Assembly (NCBI GenBank): GCA_013265495.1
Contig: MU058337.1
Span: forward strand, 2,696,686 to 2,760,685
Direction: 5' to 3'
DNA: 64,000 nucleotides
DNA from: Vicugna vicugna
Taxonomy: Eukaryota
The notes beneath the pieces are model-generated. The model had not been told where the DNA came from. It searched no databases and worked only from the letters and a program-made list of their open reading frames with translations. Both the position numbers and the translations under genes were made by a program. Shown here piece by piece: positions 13,090 to 26,419 of the stretch (the first letter of the stretch is position 1; every line of letters begins with the position of its first letter).

Positions 13090-13660
13090 CAGCAAACGTG
13101 GACATAACGTCTAATTCTCTAGTGACTCCTTTTCTGACCAATCACATATTCTCAAAGGCAAAGAGACACCGAGCCGGGTTTTGCGGACGTAAAAACTGTG
13201 GAACTTCTGGCAAAACCCTGACTGCTGGAATCACATCTAATGATCTTTCAACAGAAGCTAAAACGCCATCTTTCGTTAATGATGCCGAAAAAGATCATCG
13301 TTTAAAGTCTACCAGTTTCATCTTTGCTGGTTTACGTTCTGACGTATTCGGAGCCAATCGTGCAAGAGCGATGTATGCAATTTGATCTACCCTGAATGCC
13401 TGAGCAACTCATTTTGCTTGGCTTGTAAATGACGACGTGAATATAATAGTTCATTTTGATAACAAGGAAATTTAAAGTTTGGCTCAACAATCTGGAAGAA
13501 CGAAATGAATCTTGACATGGATCTAAAAACAAGAACATCTGTTTGCAGCAGGAAATAGTCGTGATTTATGGTTCCGACATCACCGTGTGATGTGTTGTCT
13601 CACTTTATGGTAATTTACAGCATTTAATGTACTATATAAATCGACATAAACTGAGGTAAT
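13090..13660. promoter_or_regulatory. Candidate conserved regulatory element (CpG-retaining, AT-rich)
   Basis: About 22 CpGs in ~550 bp with no repeat recognised; two CCAATC boxes, CRE-like TGACGT, PBX-HOX TGATTTATGG at 13562-13571. Confidence 0.45.
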
Positions 13661-14764
13661 GCTCCCTCAAAATGCAATAAAAGGAACAAAAATGTAGATT
13701 ATAAATGTTTGGTTTCCTGTGTGAAAGTTTTGGTTTTAAAGTGGAGATTCATGTGGGAAGAAAAGAATGATTCTGAACCAAAATGACCCTGCAGGCAGCT
13801 TTGAAGTTTTGCTGGTGTCAGCATCCCAGACACACACGAGGTGCACAGTGCTCTGCGTCCACGGCAGATCTCATGTGCCACCACCTACTGATGAATTTTT
13901 ATTTGCAGTTTTAAAAGCATTTCCTTCCTGCACAGTTCGAAAGCCCACCCAAATGTCCCCTAAGTCACGCACATTTATCTTCTTTTTTTTTTTTCTGGCT
14001 AATAGTAGAATTCTTTCATTTATTTTAAGTTTGGTAAATGCTTTTTATGTAAAATTGTTCTTAATCCTAAAAAGAGGTCTGCCTTTGAATATGTTTCAGA
14101 AGAACTCTTGCAAATCTCTGAATCAATACCGCTTTATTCAAAATATGTTAAAACTAGAAAACTGTGCTATGCTATCATGAAGCTGCATGAATACCTCTCA
14201 GAGAAAGAAATCCTCAGTCTTGAATGTTTCCTATTCTGCATTTCCTAACATTATGTTTTACACCTGATGAATAGACCCCTCTTGGTGGGGATAGTGGGGA
14301 AGTTTGAATAAGTACAAAAAGCGAGGATTTTGCAGCAAGATGCTCAGAGAATCAGGGCACAAATGCTGAGTGCTTTCCACTGAAGAACTGGTGGATAGTT
14401 CTTATAATGAAAAATCAAGCTGTTTGCCCAGGCTAGAATTTGCAGGAATGGTAAAGTCATGCTTATATGTAGAGTAACTTACGTGGGAAGTAGATAGTTT
14501 TAGAATTCAGTGCCCTACCCATATACAGGAGAGGATGGTTTTGATTCTCAGGATCCTATACCTACTAGAATTCATGAGCATTCAATTAAGCCAGTATTAT
14601 TAGAACAGCGTGTGTCCAATGATGAGGAGTATTGAATTCCTCCTTATTATGTAAGCATGGGAGGAAAATGACAAGTACTTTAGTTAAAATAACAACTAGA
14701 AAGAATTGTCTGGAATTTTCTAAACTTTGCACTCTTATGAAATCACACCCCCTTACCCCCTGCT

Positions 14765-14900
14765 GTCATCAGTCTCCACTTTGCAAATGAGAAACCGAGG
14801 CAGAGGGATTAACAAACTTGTCTATAAAACAATATCTACTAAGTGAAGGTGTGAAAATCTGAAATCAAATTTGACTGATCTGGAACCTTCACTCTCCACT
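14765..14900 (-). mobile_element. MIR SINE fragment
   Basis: ccactttgcaaatgagaaaccgaggcagaggg is the antisense MIR core. Confidence 0.7.
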
Positions 14901-17289
14901 GCTCTGCTTTTTAACCTAATCATCCAATTTCCATAGTGTTCCTTTAAGTTGTATGGTTTTTTTCTATTTAGATAACCTTGGGGTTTAATTCATCATTCTA
15001 TGCATATTAGCTATGTTAAGAGAAGTACAAAATAATATTAGCAGATCTCTGAAACTTGCATCAACAAAGTTATTTCCTCAAAAGAAGAGTTGGTGGGAGA
15101 TATTCTGCCGACAGAACAGAAAGGTAGAATTTACTTCCAATTCGGACCCATAGTTCACTCACCTGTATCATCACCTGTCACGCACGTATCCCATCTGAAA
15201 CATGTCTCTCTGTCTCTACCAAATTGTGTCTCTCTTCTTTAAGCACCTGTTTAATACACATACTTTTCGTGAGGTTTACTTGCCCCAAACCTTTTGAAAC
15301 GAATATTCAGATCATTTAGAGAATTGTATAATATGAATCTATATATGTGAATAGTTGTAAAGTGTAGTTGATTATTCATTTTTAAAATTCACACACACGC
15401 ATTGTTTACAACACTTAAGAATATAAGTTCCGTAGGGCTTCAAACATGGCTTCATTTTCTTTGATAATTCTTTGCAGAGCAGGGCAGATTATATAATATT
15501 AGCAGTACAAATGAGACCATTGTGTTTTTATGATTACCTGCCGTAAATATTATATTCTTACTTTTTATAAATATAAATGTGAAAAAGTGGTTGCTATTTA
15601 ATGCTTTTCCTTCATCGAGGTTCCTGCCTTGGATAAATGCTTAGCTGTAAAAGAGCAGCCAATTTAACTTGGTAGGATATTAGTGTGCTTTTTCATTTTT
15701 ATCTTATTTATGTTGCAGACAGGAGCTTGCAATGGAAGTTCTTTCAGACTACTATTTATTTCTTTTTCCCAAATTGAGTTCATCATTCTCCTAAGGGAAG
15801 GGAAAAAAATCACAATTTTATTTCCATGTGTTTTCTTCCTATTTACTCCCATAACTAAGTAATGATTTGGTAATGATTTCATAGAAATGAGCATTTTCTG
15901 CAAATTGTACATTACCATAGGAAACTCTGTTTTGGAGTTTTTGTTTTGTTTTCTACTTTTCTTCCTTCGGAAATGACTGTCATCCTAAAGTGATATTATC
16001 TATTTTTACTGAGCTCTATAATATGGCCCTGATAGGACATCAAATTATTTTTATGTGCCCAAAAGAGTTTCCCATTATTTAAATGTATATTTTCATGCTA
16101 TGTTACAATCCCTATTTCCTATGAATGCTTAAGAAGAATATTTTCAAACCATTTTAGAACTTTCACATAACATATTTTTAAGACATGCTGAATAGTGAAG
16201 TGTCTTGGGCTCTGGACACTCTTTCACGTGAACATCTGTCTGGATTGTCATGTGTACAGAATAGACTCATTCTGGACGTAATGTGAAATAGAAGAGTAAG
16301 CATTCCTCCTCAAGAGAAAACACGTCTGTCATGTGGCCAAGTGCATAGTTTACAGATTCTTATGCCGGTGATGTTAGCTTGAAGGGGAAATTTGGAAAGA
16401 AGATATCTGGGGATTCTGGAATGTCAATTCAAAGCTCATTTAAAAAGTGCCAATTTCAAGAAAGAGGTAATATGATTGCAAATCAAGAAATGAATTAGTG
16501 CATGGACAAAATGCTGTCTTCACAGGCCATTGAAATTTTGTTAAGTGTTAGACTTCAGGGCTCACTGATACATAGAATTGCTTACATGGTGCATTTCTAT
16601 GCGTATTTTTAGAGAAGAGTTATTTTCAATTGGTTACCTGATGTATGGGCAACAGACTCTCTCAGAATTTAAAAAAAGATACTTTGTTTATATATAGAAT
16701 TGGGAAAACCTATGCTTAGATTTTCTGCGTCAAGAGACTGTGCTGCAAATTTTAGTCTAGCTTAAAGAAAGAGGAATCACTACAGGTCAGCCTAACTGCA
16801 GTACTGGAATGAAATCATGGGATGTGTAGGAAGGAACAGAGGCGTGTTTGTGTCCTGGCCTCTGTCACAGCTTTTTCTCTTCCAGTCCCTCAAGGATAGA
16901 ATACATGCAAGATACACAAAGGAAGAAATCCCAACCTACCTGGAATAGTTTTTTTTTTTTTCCACTAAGATAATTAGGACTTGAGCCAAAGTAGTTAAAA
17001 TATCTCTAATATCATAGCCAAATTGTAGGTGATTTCAGGAAGGCAGAGAAATGGTGTGGTTGGGAGGGGGGGTCATAGGAGCCTAGAGATAGAATGAAAG
17101 ATAGAATGTAAAAAGAAGGAAAGAAAGGATGTGAAAAAAAGTCCCTAGACCTTTGTTCCCTGAACCAAAGATCTAGTCTGTCTTAGTGTCCAGCTGCCTT
17201 TTAGGAAGAAGAAAGGAGAGGATGACCAAAGAGAAGCAGAGCAATTTGGCTGTCTCTTTACGAGCGAATCCAACATTAAACACCAGGGC

Positions 17290-17600
17290 TCTTTGGATCT
17301 TTTGGTAGCGTCTACTGGTGATGATTTCTCTCAGTTTTTTTTTTTTTAATGAAGATATTTTTAAAGCATATTTTAAATAGGCAAGGGACTCTAGGCTGGT
17401 AGTTTTTCATTGTTTTTGTTTTGTTTGTTTGGAACACTTTGAAAATACAATTGCATTGATTTGTAGCTTCTGTTATTTTAGTTTAGAAATCATATCTTTG
17501 TTTTACTATTTTCTTTTGAATATAATATGTCAAATTTTTTATGTATGTGTTTAAGACTTTTGTCATAATCCTTGCTTTTTAGCAGTTGTATTGTAGTGTA

Positions 17601-17652
<52 letters not shown>

Positions 17653-18680
17653 CTGCTTGGAGATAGTAGTGCTTTTAAAATTGTGTCCTGATAACTCTCA
17701 TTAGTTTTGAAATTTATTTATCCTATATCCTTTTTTTTTTCAAATGTATTTTCTCATCTATTCTCTTTTCCTTGCATTCGGTAGCTTCAATTATATGTAT
17801 AATCAGCTTTTCCTGGTGTATTCCCTGTGTCTCTCAAATCTTTTTATTCGTCTTATTTTTTTATCTGTTTCTGGGGAGAGATACATTATTCAGATATTCT
17901 AGTTCACTCATTCTGTCTTTAGTTGTGTCTGCTCCACAGCTAAATGCATTTCTTATGTTTTAACTGTGCTTTATTTTTATTATTTTTTGGTCCTTTTAAT
18001 ATATTTTCTAATTAACTGTGAAAAATCTTAATTAGACATTTTATTTGTTGAAATTATGAAACATAGTTATTTTAAAAATGTGTGTGTGATAGATCCATAG
18101 TCTACTTTCACTTGCTCTGTTTTGTTCTCTTAAAAAAAAAAGTTCCTTATCTCTTGTTTGCCTGGTAGAATATATTGTTAACAAAAATTTGAGAAATAGT
18201 TTGAGGTATAAAGAAATGTTTAATTTTATTTCAGAAAGATTATTTCTTCCCTCATCAGGACCCTGGGAACAATGGCAGTTTAATGCTATTTTACTTCAAG
18301 CAACAAAAGGATCTCAGTCTTCACTCTAGTGGCTCTGTACCTTGCTCCCTTTGCTTTTATTGTAGAGTTTTTTTATGAATCCAAGCTAAATTTAGGTTGG
18401 TTTGTTGGACTGCCTCAAATTTTGGTGACTTTGAACTTACATTTGTATCTTACAGTAGCAGAGAACTACCAACATCTACTTGTCCTCGCAAGGTCTCCAC
18501 ATTATCCTTCAGCATCAGCAGGTTCTCCCAGAGGATTTAAAGTCCACAAATATGGTTCAGGTGCATTGGGTCCCAGAAGCTCCTCAAGATACTCCTACAG
18601 ATTTTAAAGGGTTATTCAATGTTCCCTCATATTTCACAGCAAGAGACTTTTCCTGAAGTCTCTATTCTACCATTTCCAGG
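17290..18680 (-). mobile_element. Very old L1 (L1ME/L1M4-5-like) ORF1-region remnant
   Basis: Antisense ORF1 hallmarks (ctggtgatgatttctctcagttt; ctctaggctggtagttttt; cactttgaaaatac; ttctagttcactcattctgtcttt). Right boundary uncertain. Confidence 0.6.
17603..17650. repeat. (GT)24 microsatellite
   Basis: Perfect dinucleotide run read directly. Confidence 0.97.
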
Positions 18681-21600
18681 AGTTGACTTTCATGTCTAGA
18701 ACCAATGTGAAACTGCACATTGTGAAAAATAGTCCATTTTTTTATGAGAAAAGAAACAGCTTAGGAAAACAAACAAACAAATAAACAGCTTCCATCTACC
18801 ATAACCAAGAGAATAAAATCCCAATCACCAAGAAAGAGAAGAGCAACTACCATGAAGACAGCCTCTCACACACGGATCCTCAGCTACCCTTCCAGAGGCG
18901 AGCACTGCAGCAGCCGTTGCTGCTCCACCATCAAGTCCAGCACAATTATAAAGTGTCCTCGCTGTCGTGGCACTGGACAGCAAGTAAAATGGTGAGTATT
19001 AAATACATGGGGAAAATGGCCTAATCTTCTGTGATGAAGTTAAGCTTGAAGAAGCTTAATAGGTTTTTATTTTTTTCATTTTAACTCAGTAGTATTTCAT
19101 GTGTTCCAAGTTCCTGACCACGGTTAGTGCCATTTTGGGGTTCTAAAATGTTATCAGGAGAAACAGGAGTTCAATTTTTATATGATATTACATTGACAAG
19201 GTGAGCATTTATTTGGCTTTCCAAGAGCATGATAACACAAGAAACTATTGAGAACACTGCCTTGGTTGCCAAGACAGTGGTAACAGTAACTTGAGAGTGA
19301 GGTGTTAGGGTATCACATGCAGGGAAAATATTTGGATTTTTTTATTTAAAAAGAAGAATTGCATTAAGCATATGAAGAGAAAAATAATTATAAGTACCTT
19401 TTATAAAGCAGACCGAAGACACAAAGATTAAAGAACAAATCTGCTCCTACAAGTTAAAAGTGATTTCTTCCACAACACTGCTTGTACGACTTTGCCAATT
19501 AACGCTAAGTTCTACTCTGTTGGTTTGGGGGTGTGTGTGCAAGGAAAGTGACAAGGGGACAGGGAAAAAAATTATGAAATGACAAAGTAATAATATGCCT
19601 GGGAAACTGACATTTTCACATTTAGGAAGGTTCTTCTTCACTCTCAGATTGATTATATAGCTTCTTTTAGAGTAATTCCCCAACTTTTGAGTTTAATTGA
19701 ATAAAATAATTGTATACAGTTATTCATTATGATATTATCAGAAAGAAGGCTTTTTTTTCACTTTCACTATCTCTATGAATACAAAGCTGAAACTTAAGCT
19801 ATAAACAGCACGGATGGCCCCTGCAGTGTAGGGTAACTGACCAGCTGCTAAGACATTTCACCAATGGCCATGACACAGGAAGTTAACATATTTATCAGAA
19901 ACTTGAGATGAAGAAATGGTATTCATGGGGACTTTCTACCCTATGCCATCTGGTCCTGAGGTGCCCATTACATCTATTATTGACTCATTAAAGTCAATGA
20001 GGTGAATAACACAATTAAACTTGTTTACTTGTCATGTAACAGTCAGTTAACACTGAAATGTAACTTCCAGTCTCAGTACTGCCAGGCAGCACAGACCCAC
20101 CCTGGCAACACAGGGGCCCCAACTTCATCTCAGACTAATATCTCTCAAAATTATAGTGCAATTTAAAAGTACATGAATATTTGAGGCTACTTTTTATCAT
20201 ACTAATGCCATATAACAGTCATGATGAAGGTTAGGCTTTATAATTAAAACAATAAAACAGGAATAAATGGCCAGCGGGGACCAAATGCAGAAGAGGCGTT
20301 CCTGCACCCCACTAATCACTCAGCTGCAGTTGGCTTGCACATTTGCAAATAGCTCACAGAAAATATGAATCCTTTTGTGTAGGTAGGGCAGCAAGGGGCA
20401 AAGCCATCAGGCTAGGAAAGCTTATTTCTACACAGCAGTTTAAGATCTCATTATTAGATAAGCCCTTAAATCTATAAACCTAAGTGGATGGGTAAAATAA
20501 AGACACTATTTTTATTATTTCAATTTGCCACTAATATTCCATAATGAAAATAATGCAGACAGAATCTTTTGATTTAATATTGGACCTAAGAAAAACACTG
20601 TAACAAAAGGTTTGAGACTTTATAAATATTTAGGCAGTTGGGTAATAATATCATATTCCTCAAGTACTTCTAAGTGGGTAACACTTGAAATAAAACAAAA
20701 TGTGCATTTCTCGTTTACAAAGATTTACTTATATAAAGCAAGTTGGCATCATGTGTTCATTATACAGGTTAGAAGTTGAGACAAATTAATGAAATGCCAG
20801 CTTTAAAATTAAGGCTTCCTGAATAACTGTTCAGTGGTTTCAGAAGAGGTCTTTGTCACTCACAACATAACCATGTATGCATTTAACCAATAAAGGATTG
20901 GAGAAGGAACAAAAATGGACCTGGGAGAGAAAGAGAGATTTTCAACTATAGTTAGGCATAATGTTTTCTGAAAAATTTTGAAGCTAAAAATAGTTCTTAG
21001 TTATTTTCTCACCTCTATCTGTCTGCATACCCCGCAATTATTGAATATCACTCTCTGGGCTGAAGGGAATGTTCACTCAGCTTAAAAATGAAGTCCTCTC
21101 CATCAATATCAAATTTCACCAATTAGAGTTTCTGTAAAATTTTTCAAATATTTTTTCAATGTATGATATCATTATACTTTTTACCAAACATAGATGGATA
21201 GTGAAGAGCTTGTGAGAAGTTCCTCATTCAAATGACCACAGTATTTTAATCTTAGTATCAGACAAATGGCATTGAGTGCTTCTCTTTGTTAGGAAGAAAT
21301 CCAGAAGTATCGCTAGCCATTAACCTTAAATAAAGAGCACACTGAAAATATTTTCCACCAAAGGAAACATCCCTTGTAAACAGTTTTTTGAACCTAAGCA
21401 ACTCAATTTAAGATTCACCCTGTAAATTCTACCTCGAAGAAGAAAGCAATCAAATTAATCCAGGCGTTCAGTCTCAACTCACTACATTATTATGACTGAA
21501 GTCTCACGTTCTTTACGGTACAAAAGTAGAATAGAAAACGAGTGAATACAAATAAATGTCCACTGCATCAGTATGCTATGAGATGATGGAAGCAGCTACC

Positions 21601-21804
21601 CTTGAGCAATGGAATAATTGAAAATAGTTGTTTCAATGACAACCTTCTAATATATCTTAAGGATTTAGCAGTTTAGATACAATGGATTTGCTTCTTCATT
21701 CTAATGTATGAGAAGATATTTAGTGAGTTACCGCAACTAAAAATAATACCAGCTTTGAAATGCCATGCATTTCTATGATCAAATTTTTATCATATTAAAA
21801 ATAT

Positions 21805-21918
21805 CTATTATACATATTTATGTATGACTAAAATATTACATTGTACACCAGAAATTGACACATTGTAACTGACTATACTTCAATTAAATATATATATATA
21901 TATATATAAAAAATAAAG
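21805..21918 (+). mobile_element. Short artiodactyl-type L1 3' tail ending in a (TA)n/A tail
   Basis: tatgtatgactaaaatattacattgtacaccagaaattgacacattgtaactgactatacttcaatt, then (ta)n. Confidence 0.8.
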
Positions 21919-22834
21919 ACCTAATATCTTTAGAGTTGAAACAATCATTATTTTAGAATATCCCAGAGCAGTGATTGCAGTTCAGAGTGTAAAGTTTCCG
22001 TGTAGTTTTGAGAAATAGCTGTGATATTTTCTGGTCGTACATACATAAGGGCAAAGGTTAAGCTGGTGTGTATGATGGGCTTATTGATAAATTTCAAGTA
22101 GTAAAAGTCCTTCCCATTAAAGAGAGCATCTCCAACAGCACCTCAGGGACACTACATAAAGATCAGATTGATTTCAGCTTGGGTTAACCTTGGGACTGTC
22201 TAATCCATGTGAACATACAATGTTGACTTCAGTTATGTAAGAAAAATGAAATTCCACTGGCTTTTATACCCATGGAAGTTCAACTATGTAAACAGAAGCA
22301 CACATTCAGAAGCGCTATAAATCCTGAATGCTATTCAATAGGAAAAACTAACAGAAGATACTTCAGAAAAATATCCTTGTATCACTTGGTATTCTCCATA
22401 TATATTCTGCATGAGAACAAATAATGGCAAAAAGCTAGGCTATCCATTGTCAGATCAAGTAACCTTTTTAAAAAGGGAAATTGATCTTCAAATGGACACT
22501 TGGGATGAAATGACAGAAACCAATCCATATGGAACAGAATAAGTAACTACAGGATGAAGTATTTCATTTTGGAAAAGTGAGGAAAGAAAGAAAATTTGAG
22601 ATGATGAAGGTCACTTAATGTATCTTTGATATCTATTTAATCAAGAGCAAGACTTACTTAACTATGAAAAACACAGGCTGAAAAAGACCATTAACTTTTA
22701 AAACAAAGTATTTTTCAACTAAACTGTTTTTTTCTTTTATAGGATTAGCACTAACTTTACCTGCTATGAATGTAACCCAGTGGAAAAAGCATTTTTATGG
22801 AGCCAGTGATATATGAAACGCACATGAATTTTTT

Positions 22835-22882
22835 TACACCTCATGTAAAAAATAAATTTACATCTCATGTGAAAAATAAATT
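22835..22882. repeat. 24-bp tandem duplication (2 copies, 22/24 identical)
   Basis: tacacctcatgtaaaaaataaatt / tacatctcatgtgaaaaataaatt. Confidence 0.85.
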
Positions 22883-23917
22883 GAAAATGATTACTGAGCA
22901 CTTCACAAATAAAGTGGAATAAAAGACTTAATAATATTGAACAACGTGTAACATGTTCCAACATGGAAACAAAAACAATGAGACAAGTGACAGCACCCCC
23001 TGTCATGCAAATTCATCCTTTCAGAACTTTTCATTAGGACGAAAAGGTCTGAAGGCCCACGAGTGCTGTAAACTGTGCTCTGAGTCACACACTATGTCTT
23101 AGCAGGAACTTCAGCACTGTTAGTGATTGTGAGTGTGTTGCCAGCATCTTGCTGGTCCCTCTACCTGTTACAGATGAGAAAACGCGTTTGGACGAGCTTA
23201 GAACACTCTGAAAATGAACTCCCCAGCATTTTAGTTTATTCTGGGGAAAGCCCAAATGTCCTGGTTTCTTTCTTTCTTTCTTTTTTTAATGCTTTAAAGG
23301 ATTACCAAAAAATCTCAATAGTCTTCATGGATATCAAATCGCCCTAAACGACTGGTGTTTTGATGATTTAAGTGTAAATGAATCAAAAACATATGGATTA
23401 AATTTCCGTTAAAATACACAAGGTTGTAAAAATCAAGGGCAAAGTAATTCTAAAAGGGGCATTTGGAACTTTGACTTCAAGTGTTTGAAAAGCAGTTCAA
23501 GATGTCCAGTGAAACCAACCTGCAGACAGAACGCACCATTCAGATCGAATTTGGTTGCAGAACAAGGATGATTTGTGTTGATCGGGTAGAGTTTTAGAAC
23601 TTTTACTTGCCTCAGTGAAATCAGATAAACAGTGGTTTAAAGATATGATGAAAATTAATAGACATAATACAAAGTGATGTGCCTATGTCTCGTCATTAGA
23701 AGACCATTGTTAATTCTCCATTTTGAAATTCAGTTAGGAAGCAGTTCATTATGCTTCAGCTGGAATCTTCACGCTTACTACATTTCATATCATTTTATTG
23801 ACATCACGTTTGGAAAGGAACTCTTCTTTGGAAGCCTCAAACATGAAAGAGAAATGGAAAATCGTTCTGTATTTGGGCAAAAGAATCGAGAATAAAGCCC
23901 ATTACTCCTGTAGCACC

Positions 23918-24648
23918 CTTTTAAAATTATATCCTTATTGAAATAGAATTCGCCTATCATGTAATTTACCCATTTTGTGTACAATTTAATGGTTTTTAGT
24001 ATATTCACAGTGTTTTACAGACAAAACCATAATCAATTATGGAACATTTTTATCAACCAAAAAGACACCCATTCTCAGTGGTCACTCTCCATTTCCACCA
24101 GCCACTCCCACCCTAGTCCTCAGCTCCTCCTAGTCTACTTGTCTCTGGATTTGCTCATTTTGGACATTTCAAATAAATGAAATCATATAATATGTGGTGT
24201 TTTGTGAATGGCTTCTTTCATGGTCTATCTATGCTGTAACACGCATTAGGATTTTTTTCAATTGTCAAATAATACAATATGGTACGGATGTCCCGCCTTT
24301 AATTTTTGCACTCATCAACTGATGAACATTTGGGTCATTTCCACTTTTGGGCTGTTTTTAATCAAACTGTTCTGAACATTCATGCAACAGTTTTTGTGTG
24401 GATATAAGTTTCATTCCCTCTGGGTAAAAACCTATAAGTGAAATTTCTGAATCACATGATTACTCTATATTTAAATTTTTTTTTCGAACTACCAGACTTT
24501 TTTTCAAAACATGCGCCATTTTACTTTCCCACCAGCAGTGTGGGAGAGAGCTAATCTCTCATATTGTCACCAGTATTTGTTATTGTCTGTCTTTTGAATT
24601 CTAGCCATCCTAGTCTCTGCCGTGTGGTATCTCATTGTGGTTTGGAGT
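23918..24648 (-). mobile_element. L1MB-like 3' end
   Basis: ttattgaaatagaattcgcctatcatgtaatttaccc...tttggacatttcaaataaatgaaatcatataatatgtgg...cccaccagcagtgt...ggtatctcattgtggttt. Confidence 0.85.
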
Positions 24649-24654
24649 TATGGT

Positions 24655-25090
24655 TCCCTGACAGCTACAAGATGGACTTGTCCCTGCCCTCTAGGTCCCT
24701 CGTGGGCTGGGCTGGGCTGGGCTGGGTGACAAACACACAGACAGTTGATAAATAAAATGCAACTTCAGGGGGACAGTGAAAACACACACATATATGTATG
24801 TAATATAAACAGATACATATCCAGATAGTATATCCAGAATGAAGGAGGTTATTTTTAGACGTCAGAGGGGACCTCTTGCTTAGGTGACTGTGAGTGAGTA
24901 ACCTGAGTAAGAAGGAGGAAAGAAAGCCAGGAGAAGAAATCAGCAGACATCTTATTTCAAAGAGCGAGACCAGCAAGGGCCAGTCCCTTGAGGAGGGAAG
25001 GAGCTTGGCTCTCAAAAGAAATCTATGGTGACCAAGGCACAGAAAGCGCAGGAGGGCAGTATATGATGGGTGATTAAATAAGGAATTCAA
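24655..25090 (-). mobile_element. L2 fragment
   Basis: gtccctgccctct...gtcagaggggacctcttgcttaggtgac...cagcaagggccagtcccttgagg...gagcttggc is antisense L2. Confidence 0.6.
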
Positions 25091-26419
25091 TGTAGGATTC
25101 AGTGAAGTATTTTAATATATGACTGAATAAGGAATTCACACAATATGCTTATACCAGGGCCTAACACGTATCAAATGCTGCATAAATTCTGATTATGACT
25201 GTTATTTTTATTATTTTTTTATCATTACCCAGGTTAGAGGAGTAAGAAAATAAGGCATTCAAAGAGTGTTATAATTTCTGCTGAGAAAATATTCTGCACA
25301 TGTGTTATCGCTTCTTCAGCTATGACTTGAGCATTGGAGTCAGGTGGCGTCATGCAATGACCAGAAGCTTTGGACACCAGAGGTTTAAATCTCAAGTCCA
25401 CCTCTTGCAGAGCAAATATGCGTGGAGTAGAGTCAGAAGGATGCTTTAACTCAGAGCCAGATCTATTTTGTTTTACTTGGCCATTCAGGGGATTTCCCTT
25501 TCTTGCCCCCCACCGGCCTCCAAGGTGTGCGGAGCACCGCTCTGTTCCGGGCGCTTTCCGTTGCCCTGGTTCGGAGGGTGAGGCTGTCTGCGCTGAGGCT
25601 CAGGTGAATGTGGGATAAAGCCTTGCAGCGTAGGAGAGTAGAGGGCCCCTCCCTGCAGGACCACGGTGGGCTGGCATGCTGGCCACTGCTGACGTCCCAC
25701 CCCCGGAGTGTCATTAGAGAGACAGGCACATGCTAGGGTTCTGCTCGGCACAGGCGAACGCCAGTTCTCATTTGAAGTCCATCTGGGTGTTTCCAGATAC
25801 TTACTTGGTACTCAAGTGGCTCCTGGCCCTGGTGGCAGATATTCGTGGACAGATTTGGCTCTTTCTGTGTCACGGTGTCACTCTCTCCCCGCCCACCCAC
25901 CGCAGCCGATGGAATGTTAAAAGGAAAAAGAGCTAATGTGGAACACGTGTCTGTCCAACACGTCCTGGCTTATACGCAGACCTAGAATTGTGAACTTGAA
26001 AGAATGCATGGGTTCCTTTCTCTTGTGTCACCTCCTGGCCCGTCCTCAGGCATCAGCTGCTGGAGGCGGTGTCAGGAAGGCTGCTGCCGTGCTTACTGCT
26101 TGCACGGTGCATCGTGTCACCACCTAACCTTCGGACTCCTTCAGCTACAAGATGAGAATGAGAGAAACACGACTGCTAAGAGCCGTGGGCATCAAATGCA
26201 CATAACGTAAACTACTCCATGATGCAGATTTTGATGCCTACCCCTCTGCTGTCCCTCTAAAATAACAAATTCTACAGTTACTCCTGTTCTTTATTTTTAT
26301 TTATATTTTGGTTTTGTATAGAATGCAACCAAGTTCAGTTTTAGGACAACCTCCCTTCTCTGCCTCCGTGCCCTCTGTGGACGGTGACTTCAGCTGGTTT
26401 TGAGCCTCCCTGCCCTGCC

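Noticed and set aside
13098..13385. 95-aa ORF as a possible viral or foreign gene fragment
   Set aside because: GTG start, no recognisable domain, and the mirrored antisense frame has a stop; treated as non-coding.
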